A model generated the notes under the pieces. It worked only from the letters and a program-made list of their open reading frames with translations. It was not told where the DNA came from and did no database searches. A stretch of DNA of 55,868 bases, counting the filler, from Platydemus manokwari (taxonomy: Eukaryota): assembly GCA_037951405.1 (NCBI GenBank). It is 5 parts of 5 records of this genome, joined end to end, with 100 filler letters (N's around TTAATTAATTAA, not from the genome) between each part and the next. Parts side by side here need not be neighbours in the genome. Positions count along the whole stretch, not along the records: positions 35,376 to 46,356 come from JBBMOY011001082.1; positions 46,457 to 55,868 come from JBBMOY011252985.1; 3 more parts are not named here. One strand, written 5' to 3'. Both the position numbers and the translations under genes were made by a program. Shown here piece by piece: positions 40,801 to 53,300 of the stretch; the stretch's first letter is position 1; the number at the start of each line of letters is the position of its first letter.

Positions 40801-43800
40801 TTGTGTAAAATATCACATCAGTCTCGTCATATCTATTTTGAGATCTCACCTTTATTTACTCTCATGCTGTGGGAGACAGATTTTTGCGGTGCAACCTCGA
40901 AAACTAATTAACTCGTCGAAATTAAAAAAAAAAAATTATCTGTTATCAATAATCAATTTTCCATTCAATACAATAAATATAATCATCTCACTATCGATGA
41001 TAAACATAACATATTTTCTGAACGAAATCGGTACAAAATATTGACGAGATTTAATGAAAATCAATTCTGATTATTGACTGTTTAGCTGTACTAGTGATGA
41101 CGTTAGTTTATCTTATTCTGGCCTGCTTCCATCTCAATATCGAGCCATTTCTAATACTGGTCAATCAAGATGTTGAAATCTCAAGGTCATTGGAAATTTA
41201 TTGATTTTTTATTGATTGGATTTTATGTTTATTCAGACTTGGTGCAAAATATGTGGCTCTTTATTTACCAGGACTATTTGTTAGTGAAAATATCGATATA
41301 ATCAATGAGATATTTTATTAATTATTTTAAATAACCGTAAATAGTCCCTGAAAGGACTCGTCTTAGATTCTGCATTAAACGGTATTTGAGATTTCTCAGC
41401 ATGTCAACTTGAGCTTGTATTAAAATGTTATTGCAGTTCATAGCAAAATATTAAGCCTACATCAAACAACAAATCTTCATTGATAATCAATGATGAATCC
41501 TTATGGTGAAGATTGAATCCAATAAGTTTTACTCGTGTTTTAAAATTACTGATGAAATGAAACAACATACATGGTTAATTTTTTTATCAATAATTCACCA
41601 AACCGGACCGGCGTGGTAATTTGATTTTATGTAAAACCAATTCTTTAAAATGAATATGTGAGGAACAATTGCAACTTGGGACCACACGATGATTATAAGC
41701 TAACTAATTATAGGCAATGCTGAAAAATTATAATTATTGATTTTTAATAGATAAACAATAAAATCAATAAAGGAAATAATGAATATATAATAAAATATAA
41801 AATATAATAAAATATTATTAATAATATTTCTTCAAATATAGTTCGATTTTCAATTCCTGGCCGTGTCACGGTATTTACAAAACCAGAATATCGTTTATCC
41901 AATGATGATAGCTTCAGTTGCTGGCAGTATTGTCAACGGTATTGCTCAATATTTGGCCATCTATATTTTCAATTATGGTATCGAGTGAGTGGCTTGATTT
42001 TTCGAATTTTCTGTTGGGAACTTTTGAAGAGAAATTTTAGAAAGCATAACTGTAGATTCATTCACCAATTAAGATTCCAGTTAATATCTATATTAGAATG
42101 ATTAAAGTTCATTATTATCGATTTATGTATTTTTATTGATTTATTTGAATTTATTCCGTTAAAGCCATCATAGATATTGTGAGCTGGTACCAAAGTGGTA
42201 AACTTATGCTGATGATGTTGACAAAATTTGTGACCTACTTGTCTCTAAGACTCTTCGTTTGTTAATAAATATTTTCGCTATTACAATTCAATTTTATATA
42301 TTATCATCGATTTTTTAATATCGATTTATTTAAATTTAAAAATCTTCAAATCAGTCATTGAACCCAATCAATGGATTGTAAAGCTAATCACAAATAAAAT
42401 GAAGGCAATTATTGATTACACAACTCACGTGGTTTTCGTTGTAATCCCATTTCAGTAGCTGAACTGCTCCAGGACATATATTGGAATTCGATTTGTCAAT
42501 ATAAAATATCGTGACATTTTCTTTCATAATTTTATTGCCATCAATGACAACACAAATAAATGATTTTCAGATCTCCAAACCGTAATCACATTTCGTAATA
42601 TTAAACCGACCATTATTTTTGTCATTGCTGCCCCACTTTACTCATTCTTAATATGAACTGTAATAAAATAGTATTTTCGCAACAGCAGTTGATACAATAA
42701 ATCCTTTTAATAGCCTACCTGCAGTTTCAAATTTGCCAACACGGTAGTTGGAGAAATACCAGAGTATATATTAACATCACAAAAGCCAGTTAAAGTTAAA
42801 ATGCTTGAGCCATTAGAAACCCCCAAGCCCAGATATAACCGAATATCAATGCAGTAGAATTATCAAAGCTATCTAACACTTACTCAATGGCATTAGAAAA
42901 GCATGAACATGACCTCCGATGATGTAACTTGTTACAGCATCATATGGAATTTATTGATCCACAAATCAATAAGCTTATTGAACGCCCATACATACGGAAA
43001 TTGAAATACAACGACAAATTAAAGAGCTGCTGGGACACATTAGGTCTAGAAATTGCACTTGGAGGTCATAGCGATAGTAAATGGAAATAAAAGAAAAATG
43101 TCGATGTGGATTGATTATAGAAAGTTCAATAAGCGAATGCGAAAGACATGGTTTCTCTTCTACTCATCGTTATGGTGAACATCTAGTAGACACCAAATAT
43201 GTTCTCAAGAAAGTAATCGGAACGGAATTCAGATTACACTTAAAAAATGCAAGTTGGCAAGGAAAGTTGTTAAATATTTTGGGCATAATGTACCAGAATG
43301 GGGAATAAAACCATATAAGGACCGTATATATATCCTCGACCAAAATCAATGAATCAGTTCCAGGAATTATATTCCCTCGTTAGTGACTAAAGGAAGTCAA
43401 CGAAATTATCAAACAACTTAAACCGTTGTCATTAATCAAACCGATTCTGAGCCACGGTAATAATGCAAAATCATTCCTAATTGTGACTGACATCGGTGGA
43501 TACGCTATTGGAGCATTGCTGGGAGAGATAAATAATATGCAATCTCATAAGTGAGTTAGGCTCTGAAAAATCACGAAGTTATAGAACTGGAGGCACAGGC
43601 TATAGTGTATGCAGTCTAGAGATTTCATGGACTTTAAGAAAGGCCATGAGATTCATGCACTCACTGATCACATACCATTATAATGGTTACTCCAGCAACG
43701 AGATACCGCATTAAAGCATATTCGTTAAAACTCAAATACTGCTATCTAAAAGGGAAAATGGATTATTATACAAATCCATGTGCACATAAGGGAGCGAAAA

Positions 43801-44534
43801 TATATTTTCTTCTAAACAATACTTAAGTGATCCTACCCACCTGCCAATTATAGCAAAAAGATATCGAAAACAGACGAATGGTAAACATGTTGAATGTCAA
43901 TGAAAACTAAATGGACCAACATTTACTCAAAATAGGAGATGAGGTGATGCTTTTCAGGACAGCATGCACTTGAGGTATATCTCATAAATTGATTAGACCA
44001 TTCAAGGAATGCACATCTTGAAAAAAAAAGAAATCAACACTAATCAGCTAGTTGTCATAACCTTGATGTAACCATAAAATATTTAATAAAAGTGCTTAAA
44101 TCATCAATAATAATTAATTGATTTATTTGAGTTTAATGGATAACCTCATTTATTTTCATCAATATAATCAAAAAAGACATTCACAGAAAACTATAAAATC
44201 AGCAAACGTGCATAACAACAAAATTAACATAATCTATAAAGGAATAATATTAGTAAAATATTAATTTAGGGCTTCAGCAGTAATACAAGCTGTCTCTTGT
44301 GCTTTGATGTTCTTCATTCAACTGTTCTATATGATTATTACTAAGAAATATCGAGCGACTTGGCAAGGTTTGGCATATTTTTGAAGCTGTTCTCAATTAT
44401 GGGTTTGTCATTTAAAGGTTTTGACTTCGCCGGTGCACTGGAAGGTTGGGGGATTTTTTTCAAATTAGGAATTCCGGGAATAGTTATGATGGGAATCGAA
44501 GAGTGGACATTCGAAATACTTAATTTTATGGCAG
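37827..44534 (+). CDS. MATE family (SLC47-like) multidrug and toxin extrusion transporter, 5' half
   Basis: Exons 37827-37851 (tentative), 37968-38002, 38047-38148, 39167-39235, 39282-39330, 41086-41185, 41237-41279, 41842-41984, 44270-44367 and 44418-44534. They translate to LSLSWPI..CGHLTKTDFDAASLANA..GCDTLFAQIYGS..GLMLQR..RYLQNQNIVYP..TWQGF..WGIFFKLGIPGIVMMGIEEWTFEI. No 3' exons were found before the spacer. Confidence 0.92.
39490..40008 (-). mobile_element. Internally deleted, degenerate mariner transposase inside a MATE intron
   Basis: Minus-strand pieces: MECQVEK.., GEKAASEQTTQKWFSKYNNGYFDLNETPRSG*P..LIHDDPRQSTR (HTH region), then EVLP/PYSPDLTLTDFHLFRSMSNHL and LPKR*KEVIDCDGE*. It carries frameshifts and stops. 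Confidence 0.88.
43100..44020 (+). mobile_element. Degraded Ty3/Gypsy pol remnant inside a MATE intron; boundaries approximate
   Basis: PILSHGNNAKSFLIVTDIGGYAIGALLG from 43441, NHEVIELEAQAIVYAV*RF and GHEIHALTDHIPL*WL are RNase H-like. KIGDEVMLFR..HKLIRPFK resembles an integrase C-terminus. LVDT at 43183 may be a protease remnant. Confidence 0.82.
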
Positions 44535-46356
44535 GTAAAATGTTTCAGATTATTTAGTCATTCCATGTTGTTATTAAATATCTCCTAGGAGCACGTTATC
44601 TATGTTCATTAGGTAATGACCATTAATTTCTACTCACAGACCAATCCTTCTTTTTTAGAAATATGAAAGGCTTTTTATAATTGATTATTAAAAGTTTCTC
44701 CATAAAATATTCCCGAAAAACTTCATCACAGCAAGAACGAATGGCCATAATTTGATAAAATAAGTTGATCTTTTAAAAATTTAAATTTGAAAGTTTGATA
44801 GTCAGCTGTTAAGGTCTTTATAATTTATACGAAGTAGGTATTGCCCAGCTACTTTTGAAACACGTGGTTATTGACTTTCAATGTAATAATATTTGATAAA
44901 TTGATCGGGCTAATCAAAATGAAAGACCAAATTAGAGTTAAAATTTTTGCTTGAGCTAATATTGCCATTAGGAAGCTCAGCAAACAAATAACACATGTCG
45001 GAAGATGTTATGCATATATTAGTGATCTAACCCACTTCAACTGTAAATTCTACAAATTAATTAACCTAACTTCATTAATATGTAAATCGATAAAATATGA
45101 TAAACATAATTGATAGGAGAAAAAATTAAAAAAACAAAATTAGAATAAAAAATTCATTTACAAAAATCGAAACCAAAGTTAAATCCTTTCAGAAACAATG
45201 ATAAAAATTGTTGGGTTTTGACGTCCACTCCAAATCTTAATCGCAGTTCTGATTTAAATCAATCCAATTAGTAGAATAACTCTTACTGAACAAAATGGAA
45301 TTCTGAAATTTGTTAAACATAAACAAATAATAAATCGATCTTAAATTTTATTATTCCCGTTCTCTATAAATCAATAACCAATATAATAATTGAAATAACC
45401 GGTTATCCACACTTGCCCGGTCACCTAATAGCCGGATGAGTATGGATACTAGCTTTCTTGAAACCCCTCGTCACTCTACCAATTCAGTAAACGAGCTAAA
45501 TTATTATTTTCAATCTAGTTGCTTTTGAAAAATCAAAGAAAATACACGAATTATTGATAACTAGCAATGAATGAAAACAATCAGATAACGAAATCTTGAT
45601 TTAGTTAATCAAATGAATGTGATTTACTCGATGGATAACGCGGGTACCGGAAGAAAGAACCGATTAATTAAATACAGATTTACAAATATTTCATTTTTTC
45701 ACAAGACATTTGCGTTTTACACGAGTACCTTGACAGCTTTATAAATAATTCCTATAAAAATGCTATTAGCTCCACGGCCATTGTCATGGGTTAGCTTGAA
45801 ACAATTCCGGACAAGAGCTTCTCCATATTTTTTAAATTCTTCAATCAAAAGCATTAATAAATTTCTCTTTAAGTTAGCTATGCTTCATTCTCGGATTAAA
45901 TAAATACTGGCCTTTGTATGAGCAAAATGTTCTGCTTAATCTTCGATATTTGTACCAATTTTTATAGATTTGTCAATTATTTCATTCAATCGATTTTTAT
46001 CAATTGAATAAAGATGATTTAAATAATTTTTGATCCATTATTCATTTTTATTGATTTTTTATTTATTAAATGAATTGATTTATTTGAATTAAATTTAAAT
46101 TTTTTATTTTGCAATCCTGTCATCCGAAAAATAAACTTTATCATGCGATAAACCTTATCATGGGGTCAAAGTCCCCATTTGAAATAACTATTTAGAGTGA
46201 AGCAAAAATAAGAATTTAACCTAGTTGGAAAACCGATAAAACGACAGTTAAAATAATCTTATCATATTTTAAAATTAATCGAATATTAATTTCTTAATTT
46301 ACTATCGATTTTGTCGTGGATTTTGTAAATGCTAATCATTTTCCCAATTTTTATCA

Positions 46357-46456
46357 NNNNNNNNNNNNNNNNNNNNNNNNNNNNNNNNNNNNNNNNNNNN
46401 TTAATTAATTAANNNNNNNNNNNNNNNNNNNNNNNNNNNNNNNNNNNNNNNNNNNN
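46357..46456. other. Artificial 100-bp spacer
   Basis: Same structure as 13197-13296. Confidence 0.95.
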
Positions 46457-46467
46457 TATTATAATTA

Positions 46468-46518
<51 letters not shown>

Positions 46519-46529
46519 CATTATTATTA
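46457..46529. repeat. (ATT)n microsatellite at the start of a segment
   Basis: Visible directly in the sequence. Confidence 0.9.
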
Positions 46530-47964
46530 CTTTTTTATTAACTGGATTATTGAATATGCTCTCATATCTCATATTGTACCAAATAATCAATATTATTATT
46601 TTATGAGGATTTCGTTCAATTTATTGAATAAAAATATCTTTTTTCTATCCAGAGAACAATAGTGTTCCAATCAAATAATTATAATAATTTAAAAAAATTC
46701 CAATTTTTTCAACGACACTTTAATAGCTGTTGAGTGTAAAAATATGTCCACAATTTTTCAATTTATTTTCCTATAATGATGAAAGAATAAAACAGAATTT
46801 AATATCGATTACACTCATTATTTAAACCCAATTAAGAAGTATTAAATTGAAACGAAGATATTAGTTTCTGTTATTCCAATGCCATACAGTCAAACCTTTA
46901 CTTAATCAAAGACGCTCTCGTGAAAAATATAAAATAAAAATCTCTATTTTCGTCAAAACGTTTGAGATTACTCTCTCTCTCTCTTCGTATTATGAAAAAT
47001 ATAAAATTATTATTTTTAATTCAATAATTTCCAAAACGGTGACATTGGAATCATCAAATTCAATATAGGAAAAATAAAAATCTACTAAAAAGCTCGTGAA
47101 AAGTTTCACTTGTTATATCAGGCCTAACAAAACGCAAAATCAAAGCCCAATACTGTACGAATCTTTCATGAATTATACAATCCTAACAAACCAGTCCCAT
47201 TTCATTCTGTCAGATGCCTCCTTGCATGCATGTATCCATGTAGCGTATAATTTTTTTTCGCCATGCATATTGAAAAAAGTACTCCATGTCTGCATATAAG
47301 CCTGTATGTGTTACTCAACCGTATATATCTATATAAATATCAATGTATGCATATATTCGTTTATTTATCTATCTATAAATTTCTATTTTATGACGGATGG
47401 AATATTACTAACATCATCATTAAAACAAAAAAAATAAATAAATATATGCATTTAGATTTTTTGTTGTTGTTTCCATTTGACAAAAATAACGTTGAAAACT
47501 TTTTCAACTCAACGGAAACAGTGAATTGTGGATCAATCTGTGAAAGGAAAAAAAATGAATTGTCCATCCATTTTCATGAAATTTATTAAAAATGAAAATA
47601 TAACTTAATTAATTACCAATAAATCAATTGAAAATATTGAGTTTGAATATTGTGTTTGGAATTAATCAATAATAATTCGATTGTGTGAATGGTTTTAACA
47701 TTGATCTTGTTTTGAAATAAATAAAATTGTTGAATATTTGACATGAGTTTAATATCGAGGTTTTTAATATTAAAACAAATCATGGTTTTTTTTCGATGGT
47801 TCCATGTGTTATTTATTCTTAAAACCATTCACAAAATCTTAATAATAAGTTTATTTTCAAAACGATTGACATTTGGGTATAATATTTAGGAATAAATTTT
47901 TGATGATACACATAATTATCTGTTGAATGAAAGTGAAATTAAATTTATAGCTGATTTGTCATAT

Positions 47965-48520
47965 TTTGACTCTATGGGGTGTTTGAACCCCCAGATCTAC
48001 TTTTGAATCACCAGTGCTACTAATTAATAAAATTTCATATTTTCTTGTTTATTTTTGCCTTAACTTATCAAATAATTGATATAAAAATATATTATTTGAT
48101 TGCTATCAATTTTTTGGAGGAATATTTCCAAGTTTCCTGATAACATTTCGTGAAAAATCACCACATATTTTATAAAAATCTTTTTTTACTTAATTAAATC
48201 AAGAAGAGTTTATAATTGTTATTTTAAATTGTTTTGTATATTTATTTTTGTGAATATAATTAATTTTTAGCGTGTATGTCATGTTTTATCTCTACGGGGT
48301 ATTTGAACCCCCATATCTATGTTTGTAGCATTAGTGCTTCTAACTAATAAAAATTCATATCTTTATTGCTTAGCTTTGGTGTATATTATCGAATTATTTT
48401 TTTATGAATTTTCAAGAGCAACATTTCCAATTCTTCTGACAAATAAATTTCGACATATTTTATAAAAAGCTCTTTTGAATTTAATTAAATATCGAGAAGA
48501 GTTTATGATTGTCGTTTGAA
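47965..48520. repeat. Two diverged direct copies (about 320 bp apart), each headed by a GGGGT.TTTGAACCCC palindrome
   Basis: Shared blocks CTCTA.GGGGT.TTTGAACCCCCA.ATCTA, CATATTTTATAAAAA and AGAAGAGTTTAT.ATTGT, starting at ~47970 and ~48290. Confidence 0.85.
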
Positions 48521-49421
48521 ACTCATACAGCAGCTGTCAGTAAATTCGTTGTTTTTATGCGATTTTTCAACAAAAAAACCTGAACGTACAAATCAGCACC
48601 GATTTCGATTTCATTTCAATTGTGCCAAATGTTCACAGAAATTGAGAAAGGAACAACTGAATTCGTTTTTGGCATGATCCCACTTCACTGATAAAATTCA
48701 ATGAATCTGGCTCCATCGTGAAATTTATTAGAAATTCATTGCAGGTGGCATTTGTATTCCGGAATTTCCTGTTGCCAAACCGATTCCTGGAATTGTGGAC
48801 CAAAAAATTTCCAAAATCACAGATGGGATGAAAATATTTTTCCGTTCAAATCATCATCAATTCTGTCTAAATAAATCTCATTTCATTGACAATTTTCTAA
48901 CAAGCTTTGGCGACTCTGTGACGTTTAGGCCTTCTCTATATAATTTTGGACTAGATTATCATCTACTATTATTGCGATCATCTCATTGTAAAAAGATTTT
49001 TTTTGATTTTATTTTTTGACCTTGAAAAATGAATTTCAATACTCACATTTGCTTTGAAATTTTCTGTGGCAAATTTTACTATTATTTTTACGTCAAATTC
49101 CGAATTCGTATTTATTATTTATTGGAATTATCTGGTATCAATGTTCTATGAAAATATCATCTGCAATGAAATTGTATTATTTGAAGTCTCCCTTTTATGA
49201 ATAACTGAGAAATGGTTGTGAAATATCGAAAGGGAATGAATTAATGCATTGAATAGCCCATAAAAATATTAAACGAAAAAAACATGAGATTCACATTTAA
49301 AGAATCATATCTGATTATTTGATGTGCAATCGAATATTGAATGTTGTTTTCCGTTATTGTTCTACATCAATATCAAAGAGAGTTTGTATTGCGAAATTAC
49401 TGTATTGATTAAAACAAGAAA

Positions 49422-49615
49422 NNNNNNNNNNNNNNNNNNNNNNNNNNNNNNNNNNNNNNNNNNNNNNNNNNNNNNNNNNNNNNNNNNNNNNNNNNNNNNN
49501 NNNNNNNNNNNNNNNNNNNNNNNNNNNNNNNNNNNNNNNNNNNNNNNNNNNNNNNNNNNNNNNNNNNNNNNNNNNNNNNNNNNNNNNNNNNNNNNNNNNN
49601 NNNNNNNNNNNNNNN
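49422..49615. other. Assembly gap (N run without linker)
   Basis: Plain N run. Confidence 0.95.
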
Positions 49616-50247
49616 CATCATTTGAAAGAAAACAATGTAAGAGATTTCTTAAATTCTTTTTATAATTTGACATTTTTTCATCGTGTCGTCAATTAATTCA
49701 TCAAATAAAATTCATTCAATTTCTTGAGAGTGATATTAAACATTATCAAATACAAAGGCTCATTTTATAAAAACTTCTACTATCAAATTTTATTTTCAAA
49801 AAGTGCCCCCATTTTCATTAATCGTATAAAAACCCTCGTCTCAACAACTACATATTATATCTATCTACACAGCTGTTCATAATTGTTATAGAGTGCATTG
49901 GAATTTCCTATTCAAAGCCCGTTAAAAATTTAAGGATGAAAAACCACAAATCGCTAAATCGGGTTCCGATAGTAATCAATTGTATTGCAAAATATCCAAA
50001 TAGACGGTCAATTCAACGACAGTTTCTTGATTTGTAAATATTATTTAAAATAAAGTCGAGTGCTTTAGTCGTTTGAATAGGTATCCCACTAATCGATCAA
50101 TCGATAATCAAACAGATTTAAATATCGTAAGTTAGTAGAATTTATTGTGATAATGCTATTATAAAATTTTATATGAATTCTTGTATATTTCGCATTGGGG
50201 ATTTGCCGTGTAACATACTGTATATATAAGTTACATCCTGTGTATAT

Positions 50248-50260
50248 TAATAATAATATT

Positions 50261-50298
<38 letters not shown>
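50248..50298. repeat. (TAA)n microsatellite in a CAMSAP intron
   Basis: Visible directly; it produces the spurious poly-Tyr end of ORF 50247-51725. Confidence 0.9.
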
Positions 50299-50301
<3 letters not shown>

Positions 50302-50342
50302 TTAAAAATAAAGATTGATATTATTATTATCATTTTTATTAC

Positions 50343-53300
50343 CTCTTCATTAACATTGATAACGAAAGCCATTGGTTTATCGACTCTCTTGAAATCATTT
50401 CCTTTCATAGGGCTAACCATAATTTTATCATCATTTCTATGAATAGCATGAGACAACCTATTGTTATTGGAATCTTTCTCTTCTTTGGTTTTCTGAACTC
50501 TAGGGTGCTTTCTTCCCGTTGCTTTATCATTACCAAAGGAAACAAAAAACATATTGGAATTATTTGTAGTCACAACATTATCAACTGGTATCTCAGAATC
50601 TTCATTCGGAATATGTTTGGAATACGAATTCTTTTCTGAAGGATTATTCTCAATGGTTTCCACACAATCTACAATATCGATAATATCCTTGATGCTATTA
50701 TTGGTTGATTTCTGAGAAGAACTGCGCACACATGATTCAAGGAGAGGATCTTTAACAAGTTTGGAGACTCGGTTTTGACTGGTATTCTGGATCAATGAGT
50801 TATCTGATTTACTGTCTCCGTGGGTCGTATCATTTGGCAATTTTTCCATTGATTTATTGTGCTTCATGAGGTTTTGAATTGTTAGAGGCTCTGATTCATT
50901 CATTTCGAGTGGCTTTTGCAAAGAAACGTCTGCGAATTTCGTTGGTTCTGACATGGCTCCGGGAGACGTTGGTCTCGAACTGGTATCGTCTCGCAAGGAT
51001 CTTGAAAGATGATAAGGATTAATACTGTTGACAGGAGGAGGAGCTTGAAATGGTGTACTATCGGGTGGAAATCCATAGGGATACGAATATTGATTGTATG
51101 GATGAGGATATAATTTGATTTGAGGATTTTCCATTGGATACGGATAATGAGAAACATAATTCTTAAAGTGATTGTAAACCTCTTCATTGTTATAACTATT
51201 GTAGGGATGCCAAGATATTGGCATCGACTTTATGGATTCTCCATCTGTGATTTTACCTTCATATTTGTCATCTCTAAGAACTTGATTGCGATTATATCGA
51301 TTCGAAAACGTTTCAGCACTCTCGATTTTACTTTCTGCAATTTTTGCCGACAATCGAGCTTGCTCAGTTGTGAGTTTTGATATTTCCGATTTGAGTTGAT
51401 TCAAACTTTCACTAATATCGTCGACAGATGACTTCATCAGATCCTGTGATCGTGATCGTATTAAATCGGGTTTTATCTGAGAGCTTCTACCGCGTTTCAT
51501 GTCGGAAACTCGTTTCGGTCTGAAACTATAGTCATCATCGACATCTGTCTGTGATATTCCCATAGTAACATCCTTGAATACTCTATCTGATAAAGCTTGT
51601 CTCTCTTTTGCCAATTGCTGCTGTGCCTGCCTACGGTTTCCTTCGATTTCTTGCCGTTTCAAATTTAGTCGCAACCGAGTTTCATTGGCTTTCATTCGCG
51701 GCGTTTCAGTCTTCTGATTATTCAAGCCATTCTTGATTGACGGTTTAATTAATTTTTCATTCTTTTCGCTTTGCAGTAACCAAGACGTCTAAGAGCACAT
51801 AATTTTCATCACATCAATCCATCATCTCTAAATCAACATACTTGATTGGGATCATGTTTATCATCGTTATTAACATCTACTCTTTCAACGCTGCTCTTTC
51901 GACCGAGAAATTTGGATTTGAGAGTTCCATCAGCGATTAGTAAGTTCGAAGCCACCTGAATAAATTATTAAAGATAGATCAGTTGAAAATCCTATTTATG
52001 GTGAAATCTGTAAATGATAAATAAAAGCCAAATATCTAATTGTAATGTTAACAATATTATACTGTAAATAGGATTACGTTTTTTCACATATATCATACGA
52101 GCGATGCGTTAAAATAAAATATTAAGATCCTTATTATTATAACGGTTTGAATCTCTAATTGAGTTCTTCGAATGCCAACAGCTACCCCAGAGTATGCCTG
52201 TTTGACTACCCTTTATCTTCATTAACATCAAATAGAATATATAATGCATCAACTAATAATTCGATAATTGGTCGATTCGAACACACAACCACTTCACTAA
52301 CATTTACTATCAAATCCTACTCGGACATTTTTTTGATTTCAAACCAGCAAACAACTCACATTTATTATTATTTTACTCATAATAATATTATCAATTATAA
52401 TTTTAATATTATTTTCATAATATTTAATTCATTGGACTCTAATTATATAATCAATAGTTGTTTCTTAATCATTCTTGCAAATATAGTATTTATTATTATA
52501 TTTGTTATTATTATTATTAAATTATATTTTATCAATTATCTTTAATCAATAATAACACCACAAAACTCACATTTTTATTCAACCCGGCCAAATTTAATCC
52601 GTTTGGCACACTACTTTTACGATTTGAATAAAGTAAATTACTTCCGGTTTTCTGTGACGTCCAGTTGGCAGATTGCTGCATAAAATTAAGACTGGTCGAT
52701 GAAATAATAATAACCAATAACTATCATTACATCTTCATATAATGAACCTTGATAATAAGCACCACTTGGTTTTCGACCACCATACGAACCGAATGTTGCA
52801 ATTGACGATTGTTTACAATCATTTTGAGCATTTCTAGAGATTATCATACAATAATAATAATAATAACTTAATCATTTCATTGTATTGTTTTTCTATGGGC
52901 TTCATTATATCAATAAACAGTGTTACTCGAATATATGGAAGTTAAAATAGTTTTACATGAGACATTTTTTAACAAACTATAATCCAGTGAGGTAAAGTGG
53001 AAAGTGGTTAATAATAGAAATTGGCATTGAAAAATTCATGAGAAAATCAATATTTAAAAAATAACAAATTAATACTACTTATTAATAATAAATAGTGCAA
53101 TACATAAATATTTTTATCGAGAAATTCATTCATAAATAATTCTTGCAATTTAAACTTCGAAAAATATTAAAGGTTAGATGAAAAAAGGAGATCAGGAAAT
53201 TTCGACTCAAATTATATATATTCCATTGAAACATGGTCTGTGCGAACTTACGTAACCAAACCAGATGTACAATTTAATAATAATCATATTAAATGATAAC

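Noticed and set aside
48560-48800. Possible CAMSAP CKK exon
   Set aside because: All three minus frames after the candidate acceptor stop early and none resembles CKK.
49324-49673. ORFs spanning the N gap
   Set aside because: Artefacts of translating Ns.
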